Below are positions 24,398-40,239 of a stretch of 64,000 nt of DNA, in pieces. The translations under genes and the position numbers were made by a program. The stretch is from Eledone cirrhosa (lineage: Eukaryota), in NCBI GenBank assembly GCA_964016885.1, contig OZ024743.1, positions 8,928,001 to 8,992,000 of the forward strand. Reading direction: 5' to 3'. Below the pieces are notes generated by a model, which did no database searches, had not been told where the DNA came from, and saw only the letters and a list, made by a program, of their open reading frames with translations. How positions within the stretch are numbered: position 1 is the first letter of the stretch; the number at the start of each line of letters is the position of its first letter.

Positions 24398-24512
24398 AAT
24401 TGTTTCTACTTTTGGCACAAGGCCAGCAATTCCCCGTTGCATTATTGGTACTTTATTTTATTTACCCCGTAAGGATGAAAGGCAAAGTTAACCTCGGCGG
24501 GATTTGGACTCA
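24398..24512 (-). mobile_element. SINE family 2, 5'-truncated
   Basis: Family 3' end and core, within (ATATA)n. Confidence 0.8.
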
Positions 24513-24697
24513 TAATATAATATAATATAATAAATCATAATTCTGCAGAATTATATTGAGACTTCTGAGTTCATCATGGTTGTTGTAAGTACGTTTCGAT
24601 TGTTGTTGCCTACGGCCTTCTTCAGGTTTTTCTTGTATTCTAAAATGTTCTCAGAATTTCAAACAGAAACTTTTCGACAGATGTAGATTGTTCTCAT

Positions 24698-24995
24698 AGG
24701 TGGCGAATTGGCAGAGCCGTTAGAACGTCGGATTGAATGCTTTATGGTATTCGTTCCGGCTTTCTGCTCTCTGAGTTCAAATCCCACTCTTTCTAGGTCG
24801 ATAAAAAAGTATCAGTCTAGTACTGGGGTCGATTCTTTTTCTTATCGCTTTCTCACAACCTCGCTCTCACTTTCTATCTTTCTCTGGAAAAAATCTGCTG
24901 TACTCAGGCCTGCCAGAGGGCTCTGCCAGGCTTAACATGTCCAAGAAACGCCGTATATCAATACGACTCTATCGGGAGTTATGGAACCTTACCTT
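24698..24995 (+). mobile_element. SINE with extended tail (relative of 18152-18450)
   Basis: Shared head and 3' extension. Confidence 0.7.
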
Positions 24996-26795
24996 ACAGA
25001 TTGTTCCCACAATAATGTCCATGTCTGGGATATTCTTATGTCAATCTCATCCTTGTCCTACTGCTTTTTACGCTTTCTTAACTTAAAATGGCTCCAATAA
25101 AGTCAAAGAGTTTGAAAAGCTGTTTGATCTGTCGCTTCTTTCACAGCTAACACGAACAGAAACATATAAGAGGCGCATAAAAAATTAACACTGATGTTGT
25201 CTATCCTAATATGTTTGATTACAAATCTTTAGTAATTGAGTTCAGGTATATGTATAATGACAATGACTTTAAAAAGTGTATGTCAATCAATGTGTTTGGA
25301 ATGTATGTTTAAATGAACTGAGTTTATTTATTATTAAATTTATGCATTTTTATTCTTAAATATATATAGTGCAGTGACCCTTCATTACGGATTCTACTCC
25401 AGGAAAGCCTATAGAAATGAATCAAATAATCATAGTTATATCTCACTGTGTTTGTGTTTGTTAAATGTAACTAAACTCTTGCGGGTTTATTAATAGATGT
25501 GAACTTTAAATCTCCATTAGGTTGCCGTTGTTATTACGCCAACAGCAACCGATTCACTTTCTGTTTGTCATAAAGAAGAGCAATATTCAGTGACCCGTTT
25601 CTTTTAATTAATTTTTAGAAATTATTGCAACTATAAAAATCATCTGAAGTGTACGAGTAGATCATTTTTCAACATAGTTCTCTTGTTTTCAAACACACTT
25701 GATCTATCTTTGCTCAAACTTCTTTATGACCTTTAGTAAAACATATTTTTCAGCCGAGAGATAAGTCACTTATCCGGCGGTGCCTCTACTTCTTGTTTCT
25801 CGGCAAATCGATCGCCTTTTAAGGCGTATATGAGCAAGGTTTGGAGTATATAATAAATGTTTCAGTAACTCATACTTTAGTTTCTGGAAAATACCAACAG
25901 CTAGAGCAGCGATATTTGGAGTGGGGTATTGCTTTTGTTAGTCCTCGGTGTTTACTTTCAATTACAGGCCTTAGTGTGATTGCAGAATCTCGATATAATG
26001 AGTAATGTTTACTATATTGATTAACCTCTCCAAAAAATACTTTAGAAATTTCCCCTGACGAGGGATTGCAGATACTGCTATTCCGTATTTTGGTGTTTAC
26101 ATTTCGGTTCATAGTTGTATAATACGTATTCATGCTTTCACATATATTAAAAAAATCTAATTTCGTTACCATACAGATCTAAAAGTCGTTGGCAGATTTA
26201 AAACCAATTTTGTTTGTGCGTTTCTGTGAGTTGTTTTGGGACATATCTTGCATAAACTTGACTAAAGCCAAGTCTGTTCTGGATGATTTCATTGGATGAA
26301 CCATAATTCTTTGTCACTTTAATAACCATTGGTTTGTATCACAGAACTATGTCGTGCGTTCATTCAATGTTGTCTTCAGCACTGGACGGAGCCGGGTGTC
26401 AAGTTGGTATGTGACACTGATGTAAACATTTTTGAATTTTTCAATCTATTCGTAGAGAGTTCATAGGGGCAAAACACAACTCCGACATAATGCAGAAACC
26501 ATTCGATGGATTTCACACACATTGAAAAAGGACCCTTGAACGTTGCTCTTCTTTCAAGAAAATAGAAAGTGGAACGGCTAACTTAAACGAGTCTATTTCA
26601 ATCATGTACGGCATTTAATGATGCTCAAGAAAATAATTTCCTCATTAATAGAAATTAATCGCACTGTAGATAACTAATAGTTCAAGCTTTTACACACACA
26701 CATACACACACACATACATACATACATAAATATATATACACACACACGTACATATATACATACGTACATAAAACATCCATCCATCCTTTCATACT

Positions 26796-26831
<36 letters not shown>

Positions 26832-27247
26832 TGAATAATAAATATTCTTGCATATCACATGTATTAGAAAATCTAAAATGAATTAAATGTACAATTTATA
26901 TACCTCAATATGAAAATTTAAACAGATATGGAAAACATTCTATTATTCTGCTTGTACTTAGAAAAACATGATATTGCCTTTCTATGTTTCACAAGTAATT
27001 GTTTGTTCATCAGTCTGACGAAGAGAACTAAAATGAAACACAAAACTAAGACAACTAAAATGGCCAGTATAATTTGTAGAATGTATTCGTCACCGACGTA
27101 ATTAAGTAAATGATATACATGCACAATACTACATCTCTGTATTTGAAATGTGTGTCCCAAAGCAAATGACCAGTCGATCACTATAATTCATAGCTGCAAC
27201 AATCAAATTTCAAGTGTTTCAAAAGCTCTTTAATTCAACTGTCTCAG

Positions 27248-27278
<31 letters not shown>

Positions 27279-27348
27279 TAGAAAGATGAAAGATCGATGG
27301 AAACATTGTTCCATCGGTCCGATCTTGTCGATTGACTGTTATATATAT

Positions 27349-27423
<75 letters not shown>

Positions 27424-28273
27424 AATATATATGTATATATAAATTTAAGAAATTCAACAATCCAAATTTGAGAGTTTTTCGGTCGTGGAATTAAACTTCA
27501 TTATAGTGACATTGATAAGTAATTTTTTCTCTTTCGGTATTTATATTGGCTCCTGTTTTGTGTGAAACATGGAACAAGTGTTTCGCTGTTAAAAAAGGAT
27601 GCTTGAAATTACATATTGTATTCCAATAAAATATAATCGTTTTACTAAAAATTTGTTTGTTGAAATGTTTGTTTGTTTGTAAAAATTGTTGTTTTTAGAA
27701 TTTTCTTGTTTACAAAACTGAAGACAATTGATGGCACCTGTGGTCCTGTGAATTTTGTTTAAACCCTCCTTACACACATATGATATCTAAGCATATACAC
27801 ATCACATTCTCACATATGTTATGAATTTGTAGACACATTACTATTTATATTTCTTAAATGATTGGGTTACACCAGTGATAGCAAAATAAAATTTCATAAA
27901 AAAAAATCAGTTCTTAAATAAGAAAAAATGAAAACAACTTTTTATTGGAATTCTTCAAGAAAATACAAATTAAATCCATTTATAAACTTTACAGTATATT
28001 TGAATCGCGACAACACTAAAACTTGTCATCGTAGCAATTTAATGTTCTCTCAACTGAGAGCAGAAGACATCTGCAATCAGCAAACATATTTTAAAACCTG
28101 CTTTCTCAAAAGAATCTCTTGAGATTTGTTTATATTTCGGAGTAGAATTTTTTTCAATTTCAAATTCCATTTTATAGAACAGATGGTGCTCGTGGAAGAA
28201 TAAGTTGACCTATTGTCAAAGTATGGTACAAATGTAAAAATGCATACATACACACACATGCACACGCACACGC

Positions 28274-28349
<76 letters not shown>

Positions 28350-28406
28350 GTATATATATATACATGTATATATATATATGTATATATATTAATATATATA
28401 TATGCA

Positions 28407-28479
<73 letters not shown>

Positions 28480-28869
28480 TGTATATATATATATACATAT
28501 ATGTGTATATATATCTATATCTATGTAATATACATATATATATATATATATATATGTATGCATATGGTTCACACAAGCAGGCACGTCTCCGCCCACAGAC
28601 ACACACGCGCTTTCATACACACATAGAGAAGAATATGTGAATTTTAAGAAATATAATGTTATAAAAACTACTTAAAACTCCGAATCTATTGGTATTACTA
28701 AAAGTTTCCATATAACAAATTATCTAAACACGACTATATTGTTATCTATTATTTTGTTCCTATTACTATATTATATATAATTTATCATATTATATCTTAA
28801 GTATATTTTAGCACACCATTATATATGCACAGTGTACCATTATATAGGTTAAATGTTATAGTTTGTCTC

Positions 28870-29115
28870 AAGCTCAAAAGTTCATAAGGCCGGAGCTTAT
28901 CTCTGTCTCATTGGTGTTAAGCGACTGAGACTACAAGAATTTGTATTGGATAGGAAATCAGGCTATCGCAGGTCAACCCCTTCCCAGCTGTTGGTGGTGT
29001 TCATTTTCAGCTGAATTTAGCTGAGCAACGTGAAATGAAGTGTTTGTTCAAGAACACAATTGCCATCCGGTCTCGGAATCGAATCCATGACGTTACCATC
29101 GTGAGCTAATACCTG
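28870..29115 (-). mobile_element. Old tRNA/CORE-like SINE remnant
   Basis: gcaacgtgaaatgaagtgtttgttcaagaacacaa and ggaatcgaatc (B box, reversed). Confidence 0.6.
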
Positions 29116-30032
29116 CATCAAAATTCTGTGCAACAAATTATTTGCAGCACATTTAGAACTTTTTAAATTAGCTTTCAACCACAATTTCTTCATTAGTTAA
29201 TGTGAAATGTAACCATGATTGCCATGCCTTGATTTAGTCGTAGTAGTACCGTTCTGACATCCCGGCTAAGGCATTTAAACTTGGTGGAGCTCATCCCTTT
29301 TCAGCTCATCCCTTTTCGGATACCGCAAAGCAATCTACCCAATGTTTTAATAACTTTGTCAATTGTGGTTACTCAAACTTAAAATATACCCATTAGGGAC
29401 AGTGTGGAACACTAGATGATTGTATTGATCCGGTTTCTGAGCAACACAGATTAAATGAATAATGTTTTATAATCTTGTTACACCGAGTAAGAAAGTGACA
29501 ATAACTTTCTCTTCTCTCCCAAATATTGACACAGAAGCGAAGCAAAGAATAGAAATAAAATATTTATAAAAGGTACTGGAATTGGCAAAGATGTAAATCA
29601 AAGCAAATATTGTTGAATTAAAACTACATGTCATATTTTATTCGTTGTTATTACCATGGATGACCTGTTAGGGCTCGTAAATTTGATGCCCTTTTCAAGA
29701 AGAGTGTATGATGAAGTGCTTAAGAAATAGATTGTAATGATTGAATTATATCAATTATATCAATTTAACATAACAAAGCAATATTAATGGTTAATTACAT
29801 AATATATTGAATAGTAATTAATTACAGGTTCCATTTTTTAGATTACATGTGCTGAAAAAAATGTTTGAGATATCGATGAAGATCTATCAATGAACTTGAA
29901 CAAGATAATTTTTGGGAAAAGAAAGTAGAAAAAAGTTAGAAAATTAAATATCTGAAAAAAAGAAGAAATGATTAAACAGTGAAAGCGATTTCGTCTTTAC
30001 ATTATTATTATAATCATTATTATTATCATTAT

Positions 30033-30097
30033 TTTTGTATCGTCCTGTACTGTCTTTAATGTTTCCTTAATGTGAACCCTGTGTGGCTAATAAAGAA

Positions 30098-30136
<39 letters not shown>

Positions 30137-30137
30137 G
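30033..30137 (+). mobile_element. Tx1-type LINE 3'-terminal fragment inside (ATT)n
   Basis: gtatcgtcctgtactgtc..ccctgtgtggctaataaagaaatt(att)n matches the ends at 44950-45060 and 52850-52970. Confidence 0.75.
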
Positions 30138-30142
30138 TTACG

Positions 30143-30299
30143 ATCTGAGTTCAAATCCCACCGAGGTTAGCTTTGTCTTTCATCCTACGGGGTCGATAAA
30201 TAAAGCACCAGTAAATACTGGGGTCGATTTAATCGACTCTCTCCTCCCCTTCAAATTGTTGACCTTGTGCCTAAAGTAGAAAAAATTATTATCATTATT
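30143..30299 (+). mobile_element. SINE family 2, 5'-truncated
   Basis: B box, core and tail. Confidence 0.8.
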
Positions 30300-30801
30300 C
30301 CGCGGTAGCATATTATAGGTGTCAAGTGATGGAGGAAAGCAATGGCGTTTCCAAGTTGACTCTGGACATCGACAAGAATCAACTAGCTATTCTGTTTCGG
30401 AGGACTATCCACTCTAGGGCTTTAGATAACATCTAGAAAACCTTGGCTTAGCAGTGTTAACAGTTCGAAGCAAACTCTATAGGCACCACCCAGTAAATGC
30501 ATTGAAAAATAAGAGCAGCTAATACGACATTAGTGAATGGGCCTAACTTCTGTATATGCTTGCAGTCTGAAGTATGGCAGCTAGGAGAGAACACTTTCTA
30601 GACTTATCTATATAATTCCAATATTAACACGTGGTGGCTGCTCACCTTATTTCAGACATTTCTTTGCAGTTATTTTATTGCCACATGTATTGTTTTACAT
30701 TCTTTTTACACGATTTCACATGAACTCCCTACTATATTAAATTATTTGTAATGCTCCAATGTCCTTGAGCACTTGTGGCAAATAAATGAAACAATTATTA
30801 T

Positions 30802-31003
30802 TATTGGCAGTATCGGCAGCGTGTCGGACAACATGCTTTGCAGCATAGAGTTACAGCCCTTTACATTCTGAGTTCAAATCCCTCCAAGGTTAGTTTTGTA
30901 TTTCATCCTTACGGGATCGATAACATAACCAGTAATGCATTGGAGTGGATTTAATCGACTTTCCCCTCTCACAAAATTGTTGGCCTTGTGTCATTATTAT
31001 TAT
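30802..31003 (+). mobile_element. SINE family 2 (older copy) directly after a Tx1-like 3' end (cttgtggcaaataaatgaaacaattatt)
   Basis: Head and core match the family. Confidence 0.75.
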
Positions 31004-31012
31004 TATCTACAC

Positions 31013-31210
31013 TAGGGCGGTGGATTGGCAGTATCGGTAGAGAGTCGGACGCCATGCTTTCCAGTATAGTTACGTCCCTTTACGGTCTGAGTTCAAATCC
31101 TGCCGAGGTTAACTTTGCCTTTCATCCTTACGGGGTCGATAAAATAAAGTACCAGTAATGTACTGGGTAATTGCTGGCCTTGTGCCAAAAGTAGAAACAA
31201 TTATTATTAT
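31013..31210 (+). mobile_element. SINE family 2, full length with TSD
   Basis: A and B boxes, core and tail. Flanked by attattattatctacacta on both sides. Confidence 0.9.
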
Positions 31211-32698
31211 CTACACTACGCGAAGTTCAATGTCATTTACATTCTAGTCTAAGTACAATGTTATTTGCATTCTAGCCTAAACCACGAAACTATTTGAAAT
31301 CTATCCTGTAAATTCAAATACATGATGATAGTCGTTGATTGAAATTTAAAGAAAAATGATTGATTTAAATAAACGAACGACAAGTTTGAATAAATATCAT
31401 TCTACAGACAACTGCGTATAACAGAATGGCGAAATATGTAACATGAAATGGTGAAAATATGTGATATAAAAATATACAATAGTTGTTGCTAATAACTTTC
31501 AATGCATAAGTAAAACAATTAAGATGCTGTACTTGTTTTAGAATACACAACTAATCATTATTATTTCTAAAATAAATATCCACATTAGTGCAGTGTTGTT
31601 TTCACCCCAAATCTCTTGAACATCTTTTATGTTTTTCCTTATGTTTGGCTATCTAAAACCGTCCTCACCATTCCACAATATCTAATGTCTATTAATCAAA
31701 ACGCCCCATTTTTTCTTCGTTAGCAGTTCTATTTTCTACTTTCACAATTAGCCTTCGTTTTTGCAGTTTGCCATGCGTTTTTCATGGTTCTTCACGAAGT
31801 TCTCAAATTGATGCTGCCAGTCGACAATATATTTCTGGCTATATTCAGCAAACTGTACCTTCCACTGTTTTTCAGCTTCACTAATGTCCACTATGATGGG
31901 AAAAAGAAAAAAGGAAAGAGAAAATTATTACAGAGAATCAATACCGTTAAAAGAGCAGAAGTATTTTTCAAGGTATAATGATAAAATAAACTTTAAGTGT
32001 ATATTTAAAGTACCTAAACTGCATGGGAGAATTTAAGTAACGAAATTAAGAAATGCCACGTAGCCTTTAGTATAAAGGCAGTAAAAGAGTATTTGCCGAC
32101 TGAATTATAGATTTGAGAGAAAGTGGAAGAAAAACTAATTCAATTTCACTATATATTAACATTTTAACTGAATACGGTTAAGATTTTTTACGATAAACTT
32201 AAACTTAATTGAAGCGTATATATCACTTGGGCGCAGTCGGTTGTCCATCGTGGCAAGAACCGGTTTCTTTGAATCGAAGGCAAAAGACCGGACGGCATCA
32301 CAATCTTTCCGTTTCAAGGCGGTAAGTCCTTAATCTGGGATTCAACCTGCAGCGATACATTCTTTGGTAACAATCTGGTAAGATCGGCGTAAGACTCAGG
32401 CTTTATTACCCGGCAGATCGAGGATCACAAACTGGCAAAGTACAGGCTGCTCTCCAATCGATTCTTTATCGAACATACAGTGGCCGTAGCATCTGACTTC
32501 ATGTTTTTTTATCAGTTTGAACAAGATGGAGATTGCTATTTGCAAGAATGAGCCTCTCAAGGCGAACTGATTATTTCAGCGAATTACCCTTGCCATCTTT
32601 TGGGCAAGCCATTCGTCATTTTGTCCGGTGGGATCATGAAAAATTTGCATGACGCAGTGTGATTTCAATTGATTATTTTATTCATGACAAAATATATG

Positions 32699-32778
<80 letters not shown>

Positions 32779-34107
32779 TAAACATTCTAGTGAAAAAATG
32801 ACTGGGTTCTAGTATTATCTTTTTATCAATAGATTTTTCATCTTTTTGCATGAGTACCTTGCAGTTTGTTTGGAACAATATGTTCCCACATTCATCCTTA
32901 ACATTTTTAGGTTTTCACGATCTCATCTACTAGAGGAAGTGATTGTGATGTGTGCTGCGGACACTTTATAGTATTTCTCCGTCTATTTGTTTGAATACCT
33001 TTTGATGATTAGTGATTATTTTATTTCGTAAATTTTCTTATTTAGTACTTCCCTTGTAGGGGGTGGAGGTGGGGGGTGGGGGGAATTAAATAAATGTTCT
33101 TCTTTGTAAGAACTTCACCACAAATGAAGTCTCAATACAAGTGTAGGTATTTATTCGTGTCGTTTGTGTAGACAGACGTGATCTATCTGTTATTTTCTAC
33201 CACAGTGTTTATGTCTAGAACTAGTCATTGTATTGTTTAGAACTTTAGTTTTGGTGCTCTGGATGTTGAGTATTAGTACAGAATTATTTCTCGACATCTT
33301 CTAACGGGCTCATTACGACGACTATATTGTTTACGCACATGGTGTATTTTTTAAATTCCTTTACTGGTTTCAATAATTAAACTACAGCCATACAGGGGCA
33401 CCACCATAAATCCATGTCTTGGTACAAATGGGCTGTGAGCTAGGGACTTCGTATATCTCGTGAGACTATGGATCTGAACCCGGAAAGTTCCTCTCCACAC
33501 AAGGTTTCTTTTTTGTGAAAAGCCAGCCGTTGTCCATCTAAGTAAGTCTCCTATCTTCACGCTTATAACAGCGAAAGGTTTTTATGCTGTACAGGGCACT
33601 AAATAATTTCTTTTGTACAGGACGCTAAAACCTTTTTCGTATATTGGGCGGTTATATTTTGAAGGGTTTGTGTGCATTTTTTAAATACATTTTCTATTGT
33701 TTCTGACACACAGGTACATTAGTAAACAGACTTTCTACGTCTACAGTAGAGATATTGCCATCTTCCTTGATTTGGGAAATTATGTTTGATTTTGTTCATG
33801 TAATTTTCTGCTCCAGAGATATGTGCTTGAGTCAATGAAAATAAGAAGCTAGCTGATAAAGTATAAAATCTAACGGTAAACAATTAAAATTCTGCTGGTA
33901 AGACCTACAACCATCGTGTTGGACCGACCTACTATAAAGAGGTAGCAACACACGACAAAAGTATGTCATCAAAAAGATATGAGCATTGATTATGGATTTC
34001 CAAACTCTACTGTTCAAAACAAACTGCAAAAATACTTTAAAAAAAATGAAAAAAAAAGATAAAATTAGCACATAGGCGTGTTTTCAATGTTTAAAAAAAA
34101 TCTGTTC

Positions 34108-34146
<39 letters not shown>

Positions 34147-34318
34147 GTACATACATATATAGATACAGAAACGCACACATATATATTAATATATATTTAT
34201 ATACATCTATATATGTGTGTGTGTGTGTACATTCACATGTATACTTGTATACGTGTGTGGGTGTATGTGTACATATATATACATACATACACACACACAC
34301 ACACACATAAATACACAC

Positions 34319-34395
<77 letters not shown>

Positions 34396-35270
34396 CATAA
34401 AGACGATTATTTATATGAGAACATATTAGTAAATTTTATAATTAAGCTTCATGATAAACTGGTTAGGAGACTAATCAAGACATACTAAAGCATAAATCAA
34501 CACCACAGATTGAGGCTACTAAATGTACTGCTTTAATTCAAAGAAAACACGTGAATGGTACTCAATAACAGGACATCCTTGTTTTGTTGTTATTAATTCG
34601 ATATTTAGAAATATTTTTACTTACACATGATTGGAAATCAATCTTATATAGAATATTTTCATTACTAAAATATATTTAACCCATTTGATGCCTATCACCT
34701 TGAAACTGCTTTCATAATAATAGTCTGGTCATTTTAAGGTATCTATATTTATATCAAAACATTCTAGCATAATTGTATGGAAGAAACTTTCGTTAAGTAA
34801 TATTCTAAACATCAACTTAATAATAAAAAATGAAAAAGTTAAGCTGTGATACTACATACCTCTAAATATTTAATTATTTTCAAAATTAATTAAAACATTG
34901 GCTATGTATTTCAGCAGACTAGGTTAAATATTCTTACGAGGTGCTTTTGTCTATTCTTAACAATTTCTTTTCAATAGGCATATAATAAGAATATTATCAT
35001 AATAAACCATTACAAAAGGTTACACGATGTGTGATCAAAAGATTATCTGTCATTTAGAGAGATATAATTTTTATAGGTGACTCTTATTGATATTCAGCGC
35101 AACACTCTCCCACTCATACTCACATACACATACATATACACATATACAAGAACGGTTTATTATTTAACTCTTCAGCGTTTCTCTCTTCTATCAACTACTT
35201 ATGTGTTCACAGCTCGCTTGTAATGCCATTCATGAAAGTCCAAGATCTAAATTTGAATTTACACATAAAT

Positions 35271-35399
<129 letters not shown>

Positions 35400-36671
35400 A
35401 AATAGTATGAGAGACACTGCAGTTTAATCCAGTAACACATTTATATACGCTAAATTTGATGTTAAAAGCTGTCGGGTCGTTTTAGTACAATAATTCATAT
35501 AGTTGCCTGGTTACCGCACACGGTAGTGTCACATATTTTCTGTCATATTTCGCGTGTATGCATCATTTGAGTTTATCATAAAAATCACTACGTTTTAGTA
35601 TATTTTATATTCGTTATTCAGTACATCATTCTACCTGAATTGTCATTGGCCTACTTGAGTTATTTTTTATAGCTGGCTTTGTAATTATGGTAAGAAATTC
35701 TGACTAAGTACAATTATAAACTATGTAGTCTTTAAACCACTAAATCGAAGATTTAACTTAAAGAAAAGCAAGGAAGTTCTGTTAATCGAATCCATTCACA
35801 AGGAAAATGAAACCAAGAATGTAATTTACCTCTTTGTAGCTCCACGTTCAATGTTTTCCTTCTACATATACTCTACGTTCCATATTACTGAAGGCACCAG
35901 CAGTGGTTAGTTCAGGACATGCAGCTGACAGATAAATAACAGCCAAACCTACCCCCAGACATTTTTAGGTTTCAATGGGTAGAAATATTACGTACAAACA
36001 CGAAAAATAAATGAAACAACAACAAAACACAACAACAAAGAAATAAGAAAAATTGAAACCGAAGCAGAATACAAAAGACTGCTTGGAATCGTTGGAGTTA
36101 TCTACTCCACAGATATTCTGATAACAGAATTGCTGTCTTTTGCACTTTTGCTTCAAGAAACTATCAGGTTAAAATCATACTAAACATCGATAGGGATGGA
36201 TATATCAGAACAAAGAAAAGCTCTGGAGTATTGAAAACATTAGGGTGTCTCCTTTTAGTAGTAGTATTAAATAAAACAAAAAACCAAAAACCAAAAACCA
36301 AAAACCAAAAACAAAAAACAAAAACAAAAAAAAAACACCAGAACCCCCCCCCCCCCCCCAAAAAAAAAAAAACAAAAAAAAAATGAATTGCTAAGTTGGC
36401 GCTATTATTATACGAATGTATACGATGTAGTTATATATGAATACACATAAACGTTTATCTGTGATGCATCAACAACTGTGATCTAAATACATATTCATGA
36501 AAAAATACACCGAAGCTGTAAAATCAGAATTTGTTTTAAGCAGTAATGCATGTATCAAAGTGGATCAGGACTAGAATTATACGACAGAAACCGTATTTCT
36601 TTATGGGTTTCTAAATATGATAAGATACTTCTGACGTATTCATTCACACACATACGTACATGTATTCATTT

Positions 36672-37096
<425 letters not shown>

Positions 37097-39387
37097 ACAA
37101 TTATCATATTCAGTAGGAAAATAGTTTAGAACTTTAGAAAAAATGTCATATGAAATATCTGTTATGTAATGTATTAATCTAAGTAAATATATTGGTACCT
37201 AGAAGAGTAAAACATGAAATTATATGTAATATTTAATAAAAAAAAAAAAACTAAAAAAAAAAAAAACAACAGAAAAGCAGGTAGTTATGTAGAAAGGTTA
37301 TGTTTCTTCAATTTCCGTACTTGCATCTTTTTATAGCTTCTTCTGTATAACAAAGACTTTTATAGATAAGTGTAATACATATTGGAAAAAAAATGTTATG
37401 TGTATATAGAATAAAAAATCAATGAAAAGGTTGCGGTAATAGTTAACCAACCATTTTAGCAACATTTATTATATGCGGCATTAGTTGCAAAGTCAAAACA
37501 ATATCTTTTTAGTAAAACATATCTCCAACATTTTAAAAACAAATCAACTGCAAGACAAAAACAGAAGCTGAAACAATTCATTTTTACATCTGACAGAGGA
37601 ATTTGTTCTCAACAGTTAAAAGTACTCAATATTTCTCTTGAAGACAACGTCGTCGACGACGACGACGAAAAGAATAATTATGATGACGATGTTGATGACG
37701 ATGTTGATGATGATGGTGATGGTAATGGTAATGATAAGGATGATGATGAGGAGGAGGATAAGGATGAGGATAATCTTCATATTGATAATTTACTTCTGGT
37801 CATACTACTTCATATTCATTAGTATCTATAATGCTTTTTTTCTGACTTGATCGTTAAAACACCCACCACAAATGACCCCATTCCACTCCAAACCTCTTAA
37901 AACAAAACAAGAATGTTTAAATATAGAAACTTGGGTTTATGTCTTTGTCTGTTTTCAAAAAAGGGATTACTAGACGTCCATAAAGATTTACTTTGAACAA
38001 AGTGGTTTCATTAGATAGTTTAAAAAGGGCAATAGTTTATATGAAATAAATCGATTATTTTAAAGAACAGTAAACAAACTTTACATTATGTATGCTCTGT
38101 TCTAAAAAGACTTTAGTGTATTTTTATATTTTCAGTATACTGAAAACTTGGGCCAAGATGCCAATCATTACGAATGTATCATACGAAATAATATGATTGC
38201 TTGCTATGGTTTTGTGGCTGAAAATAAAACTGACAGAAAAAGTGGATAAACAAGTTTGCAAATCTAATAATAGAATTTTACAATAATTGGGCTAGGAAAC
38301 ACAAAATCCATCCCTAATAGGTTCTTTATTCGCTGTTTTCAAGTAGAAGACATACATTTATACAAGATAAAACCTGAACACTGTAATTATATTGAGAAAT
38401 CTATTCTGGTAAACAACATAATTAATGTGGGTATTCCAATCCACGGATACACAAGACAGTCAACATATATAGAAGACAGTACTGATAGGAAAGATAGGTG
38501 ACATTTCTGATAATACATTGAACATTTTGAGCACAGAACTGAGTCAGTATTCATAATAAAGAGATGATAGTCTACTTATAAAGGATATCTGGCATATAAA
38601 AGAGATACTGATTATAGATTAGAGATAGTGCTGATAACATATTATACATGGTAACGAAACAAGTGCAAGATAACCGAGTGGTTAAAATAGTAGATAATTA
38701 CACTTGAAATATGAGTTCAAGTCCTTTTCTGGTATTTTGTTGCGTTATATTTTTCGAATAACTCTTTATTCAATAGGTTTCAATTCTTCTGGATGGTAAT
38801 TTCACCAAATGTTATAAAATGTATATTCTCAAGTACAATGAAAGATTACTTAGTAACTGTAATTTGAGAAAGCATTACATAGCATATTCATTTTTTTTCT
38901 TTCTATAGAAACATTGTTAGTTTTTCTGAAAACGAATTTCTAGAAAAACTAGGCAAAGAAAAAGCGAGAGAGAGAATACAGAAATTCCACCTGGGAGATT
39001 AGATGCCTGCCTTTTGGAAATATTTACCCCAAATCTATATCCTTGTCTAAATTTAGTAAGCATTGTCTAAAACTAGAAGCCGCATGACTCAAATGATGAC
39101 CGTCAAAAAGACGACAAACAATAAGTCTTATTATGGCTGCAATTACCAGAAACCCATCTTCAGATCGAGGCTAAACGGGAGGCCATATTCTTTGCCACAT
39201 ATATAGTGTTGCTATAAAAATATTTCTTCGTATAGGGAAATATAGGGATAGTTATTCTCTGATGAGGCGACAATAATGAAATTCATGTATAAGAATATAC
39301 GGAGCCATTATTGATAGTGTTTTCACTTCACAGTTAATTCGTTTCACAACTAATTCGAAAATGGTAGCTATATCTACCTTACATTTA

Positions 39388-39459
<72 letters not shown>

Positions 39460-39880
39460 TGGTAATTCTAATAACACACAGAACACAGTCGATATATGTC
39501 GATCACCAGCAATAGAATAGAATATACCAATAAAATATAGGAAAACAAGAACATATTTGATGTATGCCGTAAACAGTTGGGAAACGATATTATTTTGGAA
39601 TTTATCCGACACCCTTGTGGCAAATACAGAAATTATTATCATTTTGTAGTTTTCGCTTCAGCTATTGTTGTTGTCGCAGCCGCTGCTGCTATAGTAGTAA
39701 TGGTTGTTGTTTTTAGTCACGTAACCCTTGATGGAGTGTAGGGGCGCTGTAGTGATATATGGTTTTATGAGGTCATTTTTAAACCTGACGGAGCACATCT
39801 CATCTTCAGGTCTGAATACAGCAGATTTATTCCAGAGAAGGATAGAAAGTAAGAGAGAGAGTAAGAGAGAGAGAGAGAGA

Positions 39881-39920
<40 letters not shown>

Positions 39921-39967
39921 CAGAGAGAGAAAGGAAGTAAGAAAAAGATTAAGAGGAAGAATCTACT

Positions 39968-40105
39968 TGACTGGTACTTTTTTTTATCGATCTCGAAAGG
40001 ATGAAAAGTAAAGTTGACCTTAGTGGGATTCGAACTCAGAGAGCCGAAAGAAATAAAGGCAAAGCATTCTATCCGACGTTCTGACGACTCTGCCAGTTCG
40101 CCACC
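39968..40105 (-). mobile_element. SINE family 2-related remnant
   Basis: gactggtact..atcga..ggatgaaaagtaaagttgacc..gaactcag..ctgccagttcgccacc. Confidence 0.7.
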
Positions 40106-40239
40106 GTAGTAATCGTTATTACTGTGTTATTACTGATTGAAAACAAAATCACTTCTAACAATTTACACAGCACATTGGACGATAAGAAAAACAGTGACAA
40201 TGACACATAAACACTTTCATTCTGACAAACGGAGCAATG

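Noticed and set aside
35830-35925. Minus-strand exon-like segment with AG/GT boundaries
   Set aside because: Stops in all three frames, with no other support.
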